A DNA stretch of 62,988 bases, counting the filler, from Olpidium bornovanus S191 (Eukaryota > Fungi > Olpidiomycota): the NCBI GenBank assembly GCA_017911155.1. It is 34 parts of 34 records of this genome, joined end to end, with 100 filler letters (N's around TTAATTAATTAA, not from the genome) between each part and the next. Parts side by side here need not be neighbours in the genome. Positions count along the whole stretch, not along the records: positions 36,029 to 37,402 come from JAEFCI010000278.1; positions 37,503 to 39,635 come from JAEFCI010010397.1; positions 39,736 to 41,163 come from JAEFCI010009328.1; positions 41,264 to 42,984 come from JAEFCI010007582.1; positions 43,085 to 45,006 come from JAEFCI010006617.1; positions 45,107 to 46,745 come from JAEFCI010001409.1; positions 46,846 to 48,447 come from JAEFCI010010112.1; positions 48,548 to 50,356 come from JAEFCI010010348.1; 26 more parts are not named here. One strand, written 5' to 3'. The notes beneath the pieces were generated by a model. That model searched no databases and was not told the DNA's origin. It saw nothing but the letters and a program-made list of their open reading frames with translations. How positions within the stretch are numbered: the stretch's first letter is position 1; the number at the start of each line of letters is the position of its first letter. Both the position numbers and the translations under genes were made by a program. Of the stretch, positions 36,933 through 48,862 are shown piece by piece.

Positions 36933-37297
36933 TTTTTGTTTCTTTCTTTCTCTCGCTCCCAACCCCTCTCCGCTCCCCTCCCTCCTCCTGGCGCGGTGGT
37001 TTCGATGGGCGGGGGCCGCTTCAGGGTTCAAAGCCGAGCGAACGCTCCGGCTCCGGGTTTTCGCCGAGAGGAATATTATCCCGGGCTGCGCGCGGCGCGG
37101 GGCTGGGGCGCAGGCGCTCCGCTGTGACTTTCCGCGTGGGCGGAGGGAGGGGGGGGGGGGCTGAGAGCGGTGGCCAATGGCCCTCCTCTCGCACAGTTCG
37201 GGGAAAGGGTTGGTGTGTGGGTGGTTGCGGTGGACACTGCGGCGGCCGTTTCTCTCGGGCCGGGGGCCGTTCTGGGGGGCGGGGAGTGGGCGAGGCG

Positions 37298-37333
<36 letters not shown>

Positions 37334-38280
37334 AAAAGGGGGGCGGGGGGGGGGGGGGTTTTTTTTTTGGGGGGGGGGGGGGTTGGGGGGGCTGGGGGGG
37401 GGNNNNNNNNNNNNNNNNNNNNNNNNNNNNNNNNNNNNNNNNNNNNTTAATTAATTAANNNNNNNNNNNNNNNNNNNNNNNNNNNNNNNNNNNNNNNNNN
37501 NNACATGTAAACGTCGAATCTGTTTCCGAGATGTGCAAGGCCTAACAGTGCAGAGTGACACCCATAATCGGGTCATTTACACATAACTGGCATTGGATCT
37601 GCCATCAAATCTACCGTCAATCCCCAGAACAAACTCCGCTGCCAAATCGACCTAATGATGCCTCTGATGCGGGCTCACCGAGGTGCAGTGAATTGGCGCT
37701 CACGGCAATCGCCTCTGAGCATCGTACAACTCCCCCCATATTTTTAATAATGGGAGAATGCGCCCCTCCGCCGGCAGCAGGAACGCGCTCTCCTATCCGC
37801 CATCGCAAGGAAAAATACAACGGCAATATAGACGTTTTCAGTCTCCGCCCCTAAACAGATCGTCCTCAACAGGCAGGAGTATGGCGTTTCAAGGGTCCGT
37901 CTTCCGCGCGCTTCCCTCCTGCCAGCGGAAACTTGACTAGCCCGCGAGCTCTCCAATCGACCGGTGGCCAACGACAGCCCGTCGCAAACGAGAACAGGTT
38001 GTGCCGTCACGAGTCCCACAAACGACAAAAGCTCCTGCCGCCCCGGACTTCGGGGATGAGCACGCGGTCCTGACAACAATAAGCGACCCGAGCACCCGCG
38101 GGTAAAGAGAAACCGCGAAATCTGCGCGATTTGCGGTCTGCGCGAGAAGTCTTGTTTGCGAATTTGCATAATCAGCGGGAACTAAAAGCACTGTTTCCCC
38201 GAAAAGGGAGGGGAAGTGGGTGCGTTGCTGTTTTCGAGGTCCGATCCAGTCGGAGACTATCGCAGCCGTAACCAACGCCT

Positions 38281-38966
38281 TTACAAAAAAATGCCGCCGG
38301 AAGAGTTCGCCGCGTTCTGTTTTGCGACTTGCGCGACCTTATTCTGGTAGAATTCTGGAGCCGACGGCGGTCGGCAGAACTCCTCAGACAACCGGTGCTG
38401 GCGGAACGGGGACGGGGGGGGGGGTTTGTCGTCAACATACAAGGCGTCCGTTGAACAGGCGCCAAAACCGGGGGGCGGCCGGAACCCGCGAACGAGGTCA
38501 AGCGCCCTCTCAAGGCGCGTGGTCGCGGGGGCTCACGGCACGCTCGCACACCACCTGGGCGTCGAGAGCCGCCCACCTTGTTCAGCGCCTCGCTTTCGAG
38601 CAACCGGGCGAGGGCCTGGACGTTTGCCTCCGCAGTCTTGATAAGCTCCGCGTAGTCCACCGGCTGCGCAGGGTCGCCGCGGGCCCCGCCGCGCGCGGCG
38701 GCCGCCGGGCCGTTTGCAGCGGCGGGGTTCTCGCCGGCGGCGGCGGCGTCCTCCTCGTTGACGGGGTCCCCGAGCGACGCGCGGAGCATAAGCCGGAGCG
38801 CGGGCTTCGACCTGACGCGGTCGGGCCTGCGGCCCAGGTCCCTCGGCCACTGGCTGACGATCCGCAGGGCGCGCCTGTAGGAGGACCTGAGCGCGGCGCG
38901 CGCCCGCGCGGCGGCGAGCGCTTCGGGCCGTGCGGCGGCTGCGGCGGCGGCGACCGCCTGCAGCAT
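38281..38966 (-). CDS. CBP6: Complex III assembly factor Cbp6/UQCC2-like, 2 exons
   Basis: YRRALRIVSQWPRD...EANVQALARLLESEALNK|YRLSEEFCRPPSAPEFY matches the Cbp6/M19 pattern (WP.D...AL..L..N....KY.LS....P.S.P.YY). Confidence 0.75.
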
Positions 38967-39145
38967 GATTTTATTTTATTTTATTTTATTTTTCTTTTTT
39001 CTTCTCTCTCTCTCCGTCTTCCGGCTCTTCCGGCTCTGCCTGTGCCGGCAAGGCGGGGGCGGGCCTCAACTCCTCCGCGCCTGCTCCTCTCTTCCTTTTC
39101 CGCCTGCGAAAACAGTTTCTCTCGTTTTCAGGCCCCGCTCCGCCT

Positions 39146-39235
39146 CCTCGTCCTGGTCCTCCTCGTCCTCGTCCTGGTCCTCCTCGTCCTCGTCCTGGTC
39201 CTCCTCGTCCTCGTCCTGGTCCTCCTCGTCCTCCT
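39146..39235. repeat. 21-bp tandem repeat (CTCCTCGTCCTCGTCCTGGTC) about x4
   Basis: Read directly, in the intergenic region between the divergent CBP6 and RBM22-like starts. Confidence 0.9.
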
Positions 39236-39270
39236 CCGCCTCCTCCTCCTCCTCCTCCCCTCGTTCACCA

Positions 39271-39369
<99 letters not shown>

Positions 39370-39511
39370 TGCCCCCCCCCCCCCCCCCCGTCACCCCTTC
39401 CGTCCTCCCCCTCTACCGACGCTCCACAGCGCCCGCCGCCCGCCGCCCCCGCCCCCGCCCCCGCCCCCGCCGGCCTAGCCAGAGGAGAGACAGGCGGAAC
39501 ACACCGCGAAC

Positions 39512-39556
39512 ATGACCGCCAAGAGCGACCCCACGAAGCAGGGCTGGGAGGAGTCC
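39512..39556 (+). CDS. Possible first exon of RBM22/Slt11 splicing factor
   Basis: MTAKSDPTKQGWEES|gtgcgt resembles the RBM22 N-terminus (..N(K/R)Q.WE.S-(D/E)FPI.C). Only 15 codons are visible. Confidence 0.45.
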
Positions 39557-39820
39557 GTGCGTTTGCGCCTACCCCCCCCCCCCCCGGGCCCCCCCCCCCC
39601 CCCGGCCCCCCCCCCCCCCCCCCCCCGCCCGGTTCNNNNNNNNNNNNNNNNNNNNNNNNNNNNNNNNNNNNNNNNNNNNTTAATTAATTAANNNNNNNNN
39701 NNNNNNNNNNNNNNNNNNNNNNNNNNNNNNNNNNNAAGCGAGGGAAAAAACGAACGCCCCCGCTCCTTTTCGTCTCTCTGCAGAGCCTCTCTGCACGAAG
39801 GCGCGCTCGGCCGCTCGGCG

Positions 39821-40771
39821 ATGGCAGCTCCACCGTACAGCCCCCTTCCGCCGCCGGCGGCGAACTGGGCGGCGTCCGACGGGGCCGGAGGGATCGACGA
39901 CGAGAGCCTGGACCTGGGCATACCGCCGGTGTCGCGTGAGTCCCGGGAGGAGAGGGGTGAAGAGCGGAGGCGCGACAGGAGGAGCGCCGCCCGCGCTCGA
40001 ACCGCTGCCGTGATAGCATTAGCTTATCCCCGCTGCCCCATACCCCCCCCCCCCCGCCAACTCCCCTTCACCGGCCTGACTCCATCCGCTTTCTCGCCTG
40101 GACGCTTCCCAGCGACGGCAACTGTTCCCGTCATTGCGTCGTCAACGTCGAACGCCGGTCCGATCAGTAGCGTGAAAGTCGGCGCGGCGCAGCCGCCGGA
40201 AAGTCCCCGCGGCTATGGCCCTGTTGGGCGTGTGGGCGCCGCGTCGTCGTTCGGATCGACGGGAGAGGCCCCGGCAGTCAGTGGGAATATTTCCGGCGCG
40301 AGGGGAGGGTACGGCACGCGGCCGTACCCGCCAACAGGCGCGTTTGGGATCGGCTCGGAAGGTTCCGGTGGCACGAAGTTCGCGGCGGACACGCTGGACG
40401 AGCCTGTCGCAACCACACTTGTACGTGCTGTATCGGAAGTTTGGCGAAGCGGGTGTAGACGCAACCAGACGCAATGCGGAACCGAAAATCCATCCTAGCC
40501 AGTCGTCTACTGCGGAGCCTGATGGCTAGAAGAAGCTCAGCAGTGGTTTATTTCTATGTTCTCCAGTTCCGGGACTTGAAGGGTATTTGGTTCAAGCTGC
40601 GGCAGGTACTGCTTCCGTATGGCCAGAAGGACATTCTGAGGGATTGTAAGGAGTTTGCCTCGTCGCTTTTTATCGCCGCTGACATTCACGTCATCACGTC
40701 TAACGCTGAAACTTCTGTGTGCTTGTAGGGGATCTGTGGGGTCCGCTTGTATTCTGCTTGTCACTCGCCAT
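39821..40771 (+). CDS. YIPF6: YIPF6/Yip4 Yip1-domain protein, 5' part
   Basis: DTLDEPVATTL|RDLKGIWFKLRQVLLP..QKDILRD|WDLWGPLVFCLSLAM. Confidence 0.9.
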
Positions 40772-41314
40772 GTGAGGTTCCCACACCTTCGTACCCGACT
40801 CAGCTTTCTTCTCATTTTGTTTTTGAATCTGTCATCTCACGGTTGTCATTTGTCGCGTTGTCGCACGATCCCTTTTTAGCATTTTGAGCTCAATCACGAG
40901 CATGGACCAGTCTTCCACCGTGTTCACGGGAATATTTGTCATTGTTTGGGTTGGCTCCGCGGTAGTGACATTGAACTCTAAATTGTTGGGTGGAAAAGTG
41001 TGAGTTTTTCCTGCGTGTTTAGATCGCCGGAACGAAGGGAGACATGCATCCCTCTATCAAAAGCAAACGGGGGAACGTGAAAAAAAAGGCAGATGTGCCT
41101 GAATATCTTTTGCCTTCTGCACACTACAGCGTTTGGCTACACGAACAGCATCGTTGGTTAGAGNNNNNNNNNNNNNNNNNNNNNNNNNNNNNNNNNNNNN
41201 NNNNNNNTTAATTAATTAANNNNNNNNNNNNNNNNNNNNNNNNNNNNNNNNNNNNNNNNNNNNATCAAGCGGCCGCCGATAGCACCCAGTCCAAAGGGTC
41301 TGGAATCACGTGGA

Positions 41315-42984
41315 GTGCCCGCAGATCCGGCGTCCAGGAATCAATTCGAGTTCAGGATGGCAGACCCCGGCATTTTCAGGCATGCCACCAGGCTGCTCAA
41401 CGCGTACGCTGAATGCGGCATGCGGAACCTGCCGCCTTCGGTGCTGGACATGCTTTCCCTGCTTTATCGGGACTTCTTCTGCGAGTTCTTCTTCCTGGAC
41501 GTGATCGACCCGGAGGATCTGCCGCTTCCGAAAAAAAGGGGACAGCGTCCCAAGTTCGGCGGCCAAGAGGCGGACTATAGGCTGGAAAGCGACGAGCAGG
41601 AGACGGAGGGGCACGTGTTCGACCGCGGGACGCCGAAGCAGGAAGGGGAGCGCCAACCTTCAGGGGAGTGCGCGCCTGCGGATAGCGACGGCGCTGCGGA
41701 GGCGGAGGTCGCTCTCAACTCCGACGTCGACATGGAGGACTCCAGGTCGAACGCTTCGACAGACGAGGAGATGCAAAGCCTGGACTCGGACGGCCGGAGC
41801 GTGAGCCCGCAGTTGTCGTCTCTGCACCACCAGCACCGAGGCGGACCGGTGGCAGGCCACCACGGCGGCGGCCTGGACCTCCGCAGGGACGTGCTGGCGC
41901 GCAACGCCGCCGCCGCCATTCAGATCCGCGGTAACCATCTCGCCGTTGACGGCACCGTCTCGCTTCGTCTCAAGAACGAACCCACAGCCGACGGCGCATC
42001 GGGGACGAGCTTGAGCTCGATCGCCGTCTCCGCCGACAGCGTTACCGCCAGCTCCGTCCCCTCGACCCAACCCAGCGGAGCCGTTTCGCCTGTTTACCCG
42101 CTGCGGGCGGCCTCTCCGGCCGGCTCGCTCCGCGGGTGCGAACAGCGCGAACGGGCGCAGTCGCCCGCGCCGTCGGCCGCCGGAATGCCGCGGAATCTGC
42201 AACCCGTGAAACTCTCCCCGTTCTCGGACTTGAGGGCGGAGGAAACCGGCGGCGCGAGTCTCGGTCCGACGCGCTCGTCGGTGTCACCAGACGGGAGTTC
42301 TTCCACAGCACAGAATGAACGCCCCGCACCCGCCGCCGCCGTCGACGCGACGGCCGGCCCGGGGCCACAACAGCGTTCGGTTCTTTACTGTAACAGCACG
42401 CTGTATTGCTTCTTTCGATTATACGAGGTCCGCCTTACCTTCGGCACCCCCGTTCGCAGCGGGACGGCTTTGCGCGATTTGCTGTTAACGGTTTTTTTTT
42501 CTGCTTCGCAGTTGTTATATTCTCGCATCGAACACATCCGCCGCATCGCCGAGGCGTTCCCGGACACCATCCCGGCCCGCGGGGTATACAGTGAAGCAGG
42601 GAGCGACCTGGGGAAGTCAGAACCGAGTACGTCAAAACGTTTTCTTTTTTGTTAGGCACTCTGCCACTCTATTCACGCCTGTAACGCGCATACCGTCCGC
42701 TTCTCTGATCTAGTCGACAGGGACCTGGATATAGCGAACGGAGAACACTGCTACCGGTACATGCACCACCTCGCAGAGCGGCTGTTCGGCGGTGAAATCG
42801 ACCAAGCTGGTTTTGAGAACAAGTTGCGCGACTGTTTCGGCACTCAGGCCTACCCTCTTTTCCCCCTGGACAAGGTCGCGCAGGCCATCCTCCGGCAGGC
42901 GCAGGCGGTGGTGCAGTCTTCAAAATGCGTGGACCTGTTGGCTCTGTGCGAGCGGCACCGGATGACTGCTGGTCAGACAGGCGA
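41315..42984 (+). CDS. SIN3: Sin3 co-repressor C-terminal region (Sin3a_C), fragment
   Basis: LYCNSTLYCFFRLYE|LLYSRI, and GEIDQAGFENKLRDCFGTQAYPLFPLDKVAQAILRQ (consensus G.ID...FE..LR.MFG..AY..FT.DK). Confidence 0.85.
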
Positions 42985-43084
42985 NNNNNNNNNNNNNNNN
43001 NNNNNNNNNNNNNNNNNNNNNNNNNNNNTTAATTAATTAANNNNNNNNNNNNNNNNNNNNNNNNNNNNNNNNNNNNNNNNNNNN

Positions 43085-44250
43085 CCCGTGGGTAAGGAAT
43101 TCCTTCTGTTAGTCGGCGGAAATCAGTCGACTTCCCGTCAATTTTTACGCCGCTGTCGACAAACTACCCGAAGGTATCTCCAGACGTTGGTAGAAACCGT
43201 GCATGTGCTGCTTAAGTCACTGGAGAAGTTTTCGAAATCGAAGCAACATATGTACGTCCGGAAAAAGAAGGCGAAGCGGAAGAAGAAGACGAATACGGGT
43301 GACGTCGAAGGCAAATATGAGGCAGAAACGCGCAGAAACCTCTGCGTCGCTGCAAGTCAATCTTACCGTTGCCGTCCCTTTTCGCTGGCAGTCAACGACC
43401 GGCAGGGCAATACCTACGTCGAAGCGGGCGAGCAAGGTGGCGCCGGCGATGACGAGGACAGCGACGACGTTGCGGAAGGCGGCGTCGCGGAGCACGACCC
43501 GGGCTTCACCGAAGCCACGTTCGACTTCGGCGCGTATGTGCGGCGCTACGCCCACGAGGCCATCGTGAAGTCGTACCTTCTCCTGCTCGAGGACCAGGCG
43601 ATCCTGCCGGCGTCGGTGGTCAAGTGCATCGCGGCGCTGTTCTTCAGGGTAGTTTTCGATGTCGGAGATGGGGCGGTGTTCTTTTCGCTGTCGACCATGG
43701 AGCTGTTTCGCCGTGTGCTCGACGATCTTTCGGCCACGGGAACCGATAAGACGAGGGCGCACGAGGACCTGGAGAAGGTGCTGCTGCACATCGTTAGGGC
43801 GCTGTTTAAGAAGTTGAAGGAAAGACCCCTCCTTTACGTCGAGGTACGTGTCGGGTGACGTCCGCCAGCAGGTCTTTTCCTTTTTACGTCCGACGGCCGC
43901 AGTAAAGGTCGCGAGGAGCTAATCACCGCACTCCGGAAACCCGCCGCCGTGTTCGTGACAGTTACTATTCCCCAAAACGAGGCCGATCATGAACAGGATT
44001 GACCATGACGAGGATACGCGGGAAGTCACGTCCGCCGCAGAGAGGGGCCGAGCGGCGCTGGCCGCGGAGCGCGCGGCCGCCAGGGGGGGAGGAGACGGCG
44101 GCGACATCGCAACCGCAGAAGATCTGCGCACGGCCGCGGAATCCCCACCCGATGAAAACGACGAATTCCGCGGCGAAGGTCGGGAGCCTGAATCGGAGGA
44201 CGGCGACCTCCAGTCGGAGGAGTTGTCAGATTTCGATCAGGAAGGGCACT
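43085..44250 (+). CDS. TOF1: Timeless/Tof1/Swi1 replication-fork protection protein, fragment
   Basis: YLQTLVETVHVLLKSLEKFSK..MYVRKKK, FDF..Y...YAHEAIVKSY..LL, FFRV, FF.LS.M.LF, FKKLKERPLLYVE. Confidence 0.9.
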
Positions 44251-44794
44251 GATCCGCCGGCAAACGGACCGTGAAACCGGAAATAAAACGTTGCGGCCAC
44301 GGAGCCGGGCAGCAACCTCGGCTTGCCGCAGATGCCGCGGGTGATGGCAAAAAAAAAAAAAAAAAAAAAAAAATTGGACTCTGAGGAGGACACTTTTACG
44401 TTGGGGGAGGATTTAACTTCACATTCTGTTCACGGCACCCTGGGGTGCCGAGCCTTTCTGGGGCGCCGTTATCACCGGCTGTTTGACGTCGAATTTTGTT
44501 TGTGACCCGGGAACCACAGCGTCGGTTCTATTCCAGTTCTAACAGGAACCCGGCTTACCGGGGTGGCCGGGCTCCCGTGCAGCTTCCGACTAGCTAACGG
44601 GATTTTATGTAAAACAGCACGCGGGCGGAATCGGGGAGGCCGGTGGTGTGCGGGTTTCCCGAACCTAGCACGTAGTACAAAACAGCAAGCCCCTCGCCAG
44701 CAAAAAAAAAAAAAAAAACTTTCCTATCGCATCGTTCGCTTCAACCCGGCACTTTCGCATCCCCCCTTTCACACATTTACATCGAAACATCACC

Positions 44795-45006
44795 ATGTCT
44801 GGAAATTCAGCTTCCGCGCCGCGCTGGTCGCCGCGTCTCTGGCCGCACTCGCTGCCCTTCAGGTCACCTCTGCGCAGTCTCCCGGGCACTTTGACGTTCT
44901 CGCCCAGGATTGCAAAGTGGAGAATATAGAGGTCCGCCGTGAACCGGGAACGAACGACGCCGATCGCACGATCCGGGTCATCATTCACGAATACACACTT
45001 TCATGC
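44795..45006 (+). CDS. Probable secreted protein 5' end with an apparent 1-nt frameshift just after the ATG
   Basis: Signal-peptide-like FSFRAALVAASLAALAALQVTSAQ frame is open to the contig end but is offset by one base from caccATG at 44795. Confidence 0.45.
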
Positions 45007-45149
45007 NNNNNNNNNNNNNNNNNNNNNNNNNNNNNNNNNNNNNNNNNNNNTTAATTAATTAANNNNNNNNNNNNNNNNNNNNNNNNNNNNNNNNNNNNNN
45101 NNNNNNCAGACGCCCCCAAAAGGGGGGAACAGGAAACCATCCTCCCATA

Positions 45150-46380
45150 ATTCACCTTCTTAAGTACCAGACCTGAAATACCCAACGGCGACAAACAACG
45201 GGGACCGGCTTCAGCGATCGTGCATGATTCTGGTAATAAAACGTTCGAAATTTGCAGACTGCGAAAACGCACCTGCCAGAGGCACACCACCACGACTACG
45301 ATCGTCTCGAAAAAGGACCACCAGACGACTCGCACGTTGGTGCTCTCTGCCGCTGTTAGCAAGTGCCAAAACACAAGAAGTGCACGGGTCAGCGGCCATC
45401 AACTTTCTCTGTCCATTCTTGTACAAGATCCGGCCCCCCCCCCCCCCCCCCCGCAAAAAAAAACGGTATATGCCGGCCGTTCACGTACTGTCACGGTGCG
45501 CCTTCTCGCGCATGACAATGTACTCTTGATCGTCCTCAACCTGCGCGATTTCCTGGGCGAGCTTCCGGATCTCCTTTTCCAGCGGGTCGGTGACAGCTGA
45601 GGCCCGCTCCGAGGTTTGGCGCCCGCGGCGGTACCGCGTCATTGTCCGAACAACGGGCGCGAAATACCAAGTCCCCCCCCCTCCCCCCCCTTCCCTAGGC
45701 CGGTATTTTGCTCACCGCTGGGGTCGTCGGCCTTGCGCGTCGAGCGGATGTTGAACAGCACCCGTTTTTCGTTATCCGCCCACTTCACGTTACTGAAGCA
45801 GATGTGAAACGTGTCCGCCTTGCTGGCCTCGAACGTACTTTTCATCGTGCGCTGGTCAGCCCCCCGCGCGTCGGGATCCGCGCGAAAAGACTGCGACAAG
45901 GGGAGAACAACGTACTGGAAACCGATCTCCTTGTCCGACTCCCCGACCACCATGGTGCCGTTGTCTGTGGCGACGGAGAAATCTGGGGGAAGACCCGTCC
46001 CGGACGAGCGGGGAGAGAGTAGTCTGGTCAGGTCGGGAGGAGACGTCAGGCGACGGGGGGGGAAGGGAACCGAGGTGATCACCCCACCTATTATACTTTG
46101 ACCGCGTTCGTTGGTCGTCTGGGGGCGTAAAAACGTGTGTTCCGAGTTTCAGTGTGAATCTCAACGGCGGCCCGCGTCGAAAGGAACCACCTCGACTGGA
46201 ACCTGTCCGACGACGGGCCGCCGTGGCGTGTCCGGCGCGTCGGGGATCAGAGTGGGGCCCAGATATCACCTCGAAAGAGAAAGAGATGACGTCTCCGGCC
46301 TCGGCGGACTCGAACAAACAAAAAAAATCGCGGGGACGGAGATCTGGCCGCGTCCCGTGTGATTTTCAGCCAGCGCGGTC
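45150..46380 (-). CDS. EMP24: p24/Emp24 (TMED2-like) GOLD-domain cargo receptor, multi-exon, two apparent frameshifts
   Basis: ISVPA/CLFE..AGDVISFSFEV, HICFSN, DPLEKEIRKLAQEIAQVEDDQEYIVMRE/HRDT|AESTNVRVVWWSFFE...WQ|VWYLRR. Confidence 0.85.
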
Positions 46381-46398
46381 GCGGGGGAAGGGGAGGAA

Positions 46399-46433
<35 letters not shown>

Positions 46434-46455
46434 GGGGGGGGGGGGGGGGGGCGCG

Positions 46456-46492
<37 letters not shown>

Positions 46493-47002
46493 AGGGGGCA
46501 AGGGGCAAAGTCTTCTCGCCCCGGCCGTCTCCTCTAGTGAGGTAGACGCGCTTGCGGCCGCCGCTGCGATACCGCTTCCCGCAGACGAGCCGATGCTCGA
46601 TCTCCCACCGCGCACCGTGCCTGGTTTTGGCTCGGTTGAGGTCCCGCTCGCCCCCACCGTCTTTTCCGTCGCCGACGTCGACCTGACCGCTTTGTTGACG
46701 CTCAAACGTCAACACGCCTCTACGTGGCGTGAGAGCGCGACGACGNNNNNNNNNNNNNNNNNNNNNNNNNNNNNNNNNNNNNNNNNNNNTTAATTAATTA
46801 ANNNNNNNNNNNNNNNNNNNNNNNNNNNNNNNNNNNNNNNNNNNNAGGCCCCCCCCCCCCCCCTTTTTTTTCCCTTTTCCCCCCCCCCCCCCCCCCCGCC
46901 GACAACAATGCACACGACAACAACAAGGGCGATCCCGACGAGACTGGAATCGAATCCGGACCTGCGCGGGCGGACGCGCGGCCGTCGGCCCGGGAACGGC
47001 GG

Positions 47003-48447
47003 ATGCTTCAGCGGGGCGGCGGCCGCTTCGCGGACAACGAGCTTCAGCGGGGGGAGGCCGCGACGTCGCGGCCCGCCGCCTGCTTCGTTTGTCCGCGCCC
47101 CGCCGCCGAAGGTTGCGGCGGGGGCGCGGCGGATGCGCGCGGAGGTGACGAGAGCTCGGCCGGCCTCGCCGGGGGCAGTCGACGACGAGGACCTGCGCCG
47201 CCGTGCGAACGGGACGCCCTGCGTGCGGACGCCGCGGAGACGCCTCGCCCGGCGCTCGTGTTGCCCGCCGCCCACCACGACCACCGCGACCACCGCGACC
47301 GCCACGACCACCACGGCCACCACGGCCACCGCGACCACCACGACCACCACGACCACGACGACGGCCACCACGACCACCACGACCACGACGACCGCCGCCG
47401 CCGCCGCCGCCGCCGCCATCACCACCGCGATCCGGCGGACGAGGCGAAAATGCTGGACCTCACGCTGCTTTTGCGCGCGGCGGACGTCTTTTTGGGCCAC
47501 TGCTGCCAGCAGGTTCCGTCTCCGCCGGACGGGAGGCTGTCCGGACGTGACCAGGTTGGCCTTGCCGTCTCGTTTTTCCCCCGACGCATAAAATTTCCCG
47601 TTCGGGACGGCGGCCGCAGGGGACGACGATCGAAACTCCTTCTTTTATCCCACCTCCTCCTCCTCCTCCTCCCTCCTCCCCCCCCCCCTACGTTTTTCAG
47701 CCGCAGCAGCAGCGCAGGTCGACCTCGCCGCCGGGAGCGGGGAACCCGCGCAGAACGCCTTTCAGGGTGCGCATGGCCGGCCTCCGCGTCAGATCCTTCC
47801 TGGGCGGGTTCCTGGACGTGAAACGCTATTTCCGACAGCGTCAACACTTTGAGCGGCAGTCGAACCTCTGCCGCATGATCGCCGCGCGGGCCCTGCACCA
47901 CCTCGCGTCCGCCGTCACCAACGGCGGGATGACGGCGTTCGCATCTCCCTCTGCCGACGACGACAACGGCGACGGCGGCTGCGACGACGACGGCGACAGC
48001 GACGGCGACGACACAGACGCTGAAAACAACGACAGCGACGAAAACGAAATCGCCGGCGACTTCGCCGCCGCCGCCGTTCTCCAGCGGTACACCTCGACTA
48101 CGACGACGGAGGAACTCGAGGGCTCTCCCGGCGAAGACGCGGAGATCGAGGACGAACCGACTGCGAGACCGAAGGCCGTGACGAGCGCAATGAAGCTCCT
48201 CAGGGTATTTTCGAGATTGGGTAAGCAGACCCAGCGAAAGGATATTGTTTTAACTTTGCTGCGGGCGGGCTGGGACGGGCCCACGCGGCGGAGTCGGGAT
48301 GCGGGGAGAGGAGGTGTTTGTTGTCGCATGGCGAAACGTTCATTATTGTCACTATTATTTTTATTTTTATTTTTACTCATTATTTTTTCCAGACACCGTG
48401 TGCGAGGTTATCACCAGACAGGGAGGCGTCCGGGTCATCGCGGCGGC
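47003..48447 (+). CDS. Hypothetical helical-repeat-like protein with His/Asp-rich tract and acidic tract; partial
   Basis: HHDHRDHRDRHDHHGHHGHRDHHDHHDHDDGHH is in frame with MLDLTLLLRAADVFLGHCCQQ|gtt. Later exons: CRMIAARALHHLASAV, AMKLLRVFSRL|, VITRQGGVRVIAA. Confidence 0.6.
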
Positions 48448-48547
48448 NNNNNNNNNNNNNNNNNNNNNNNNNNNNNNNNNNNNNNNNNNNNTTAATTAAT
48501 TAANNNNNNNNNNNNNNNNNNNNNNNNNNNNNNNNNNNNNNNNNNNN

Positions 48548-48586
<39 letters not shown>

Positions 48587-48587
48587 A

Positions 48588-48637
<50 letters not shown>

Positions 48638-48837
48638 AAACCAACTCCAGCCCCTCTCCCCCGTCAAACCGGTTCTGTCTGCACAGGCTCGATCGCCCCA
48701 TATATTTCTGTCCCTCCCCTCCCCCCTCCCTTCCCGCTTCCCCTCCAAGAATAGAAATAAACGCCCGATTTTACGCTCGCGCGAAAAGTCCATCTGGCTT
48801 TGTTGTAGGCCGGCCGACGCAGGGGGGGTGTTTTTGA

Positions 48838-48862
48838 TTGTTTGTTTGTTTGTTTGTTTGTT
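48838..48862. repeat. (TTTG)n microsatellite; a (TTTA)n tract also lies at about 49608-49633
   Basis: Read directly. Confidence 0.9.

Noticed and set aside
10998-42984. SAP18 and SIN3 in the same window suggesting a co-located HDAC complex locus
   Set aside because: They are separated by many linkers, so co-occurrence is coincidental.
46908-47591. Poly-Thr mucin-like ORF and PRP-repeat ORF
   Set aside because: Alternative frames of the His/Asp tract; only the His frame continues into a plausible helix and a splice donor.
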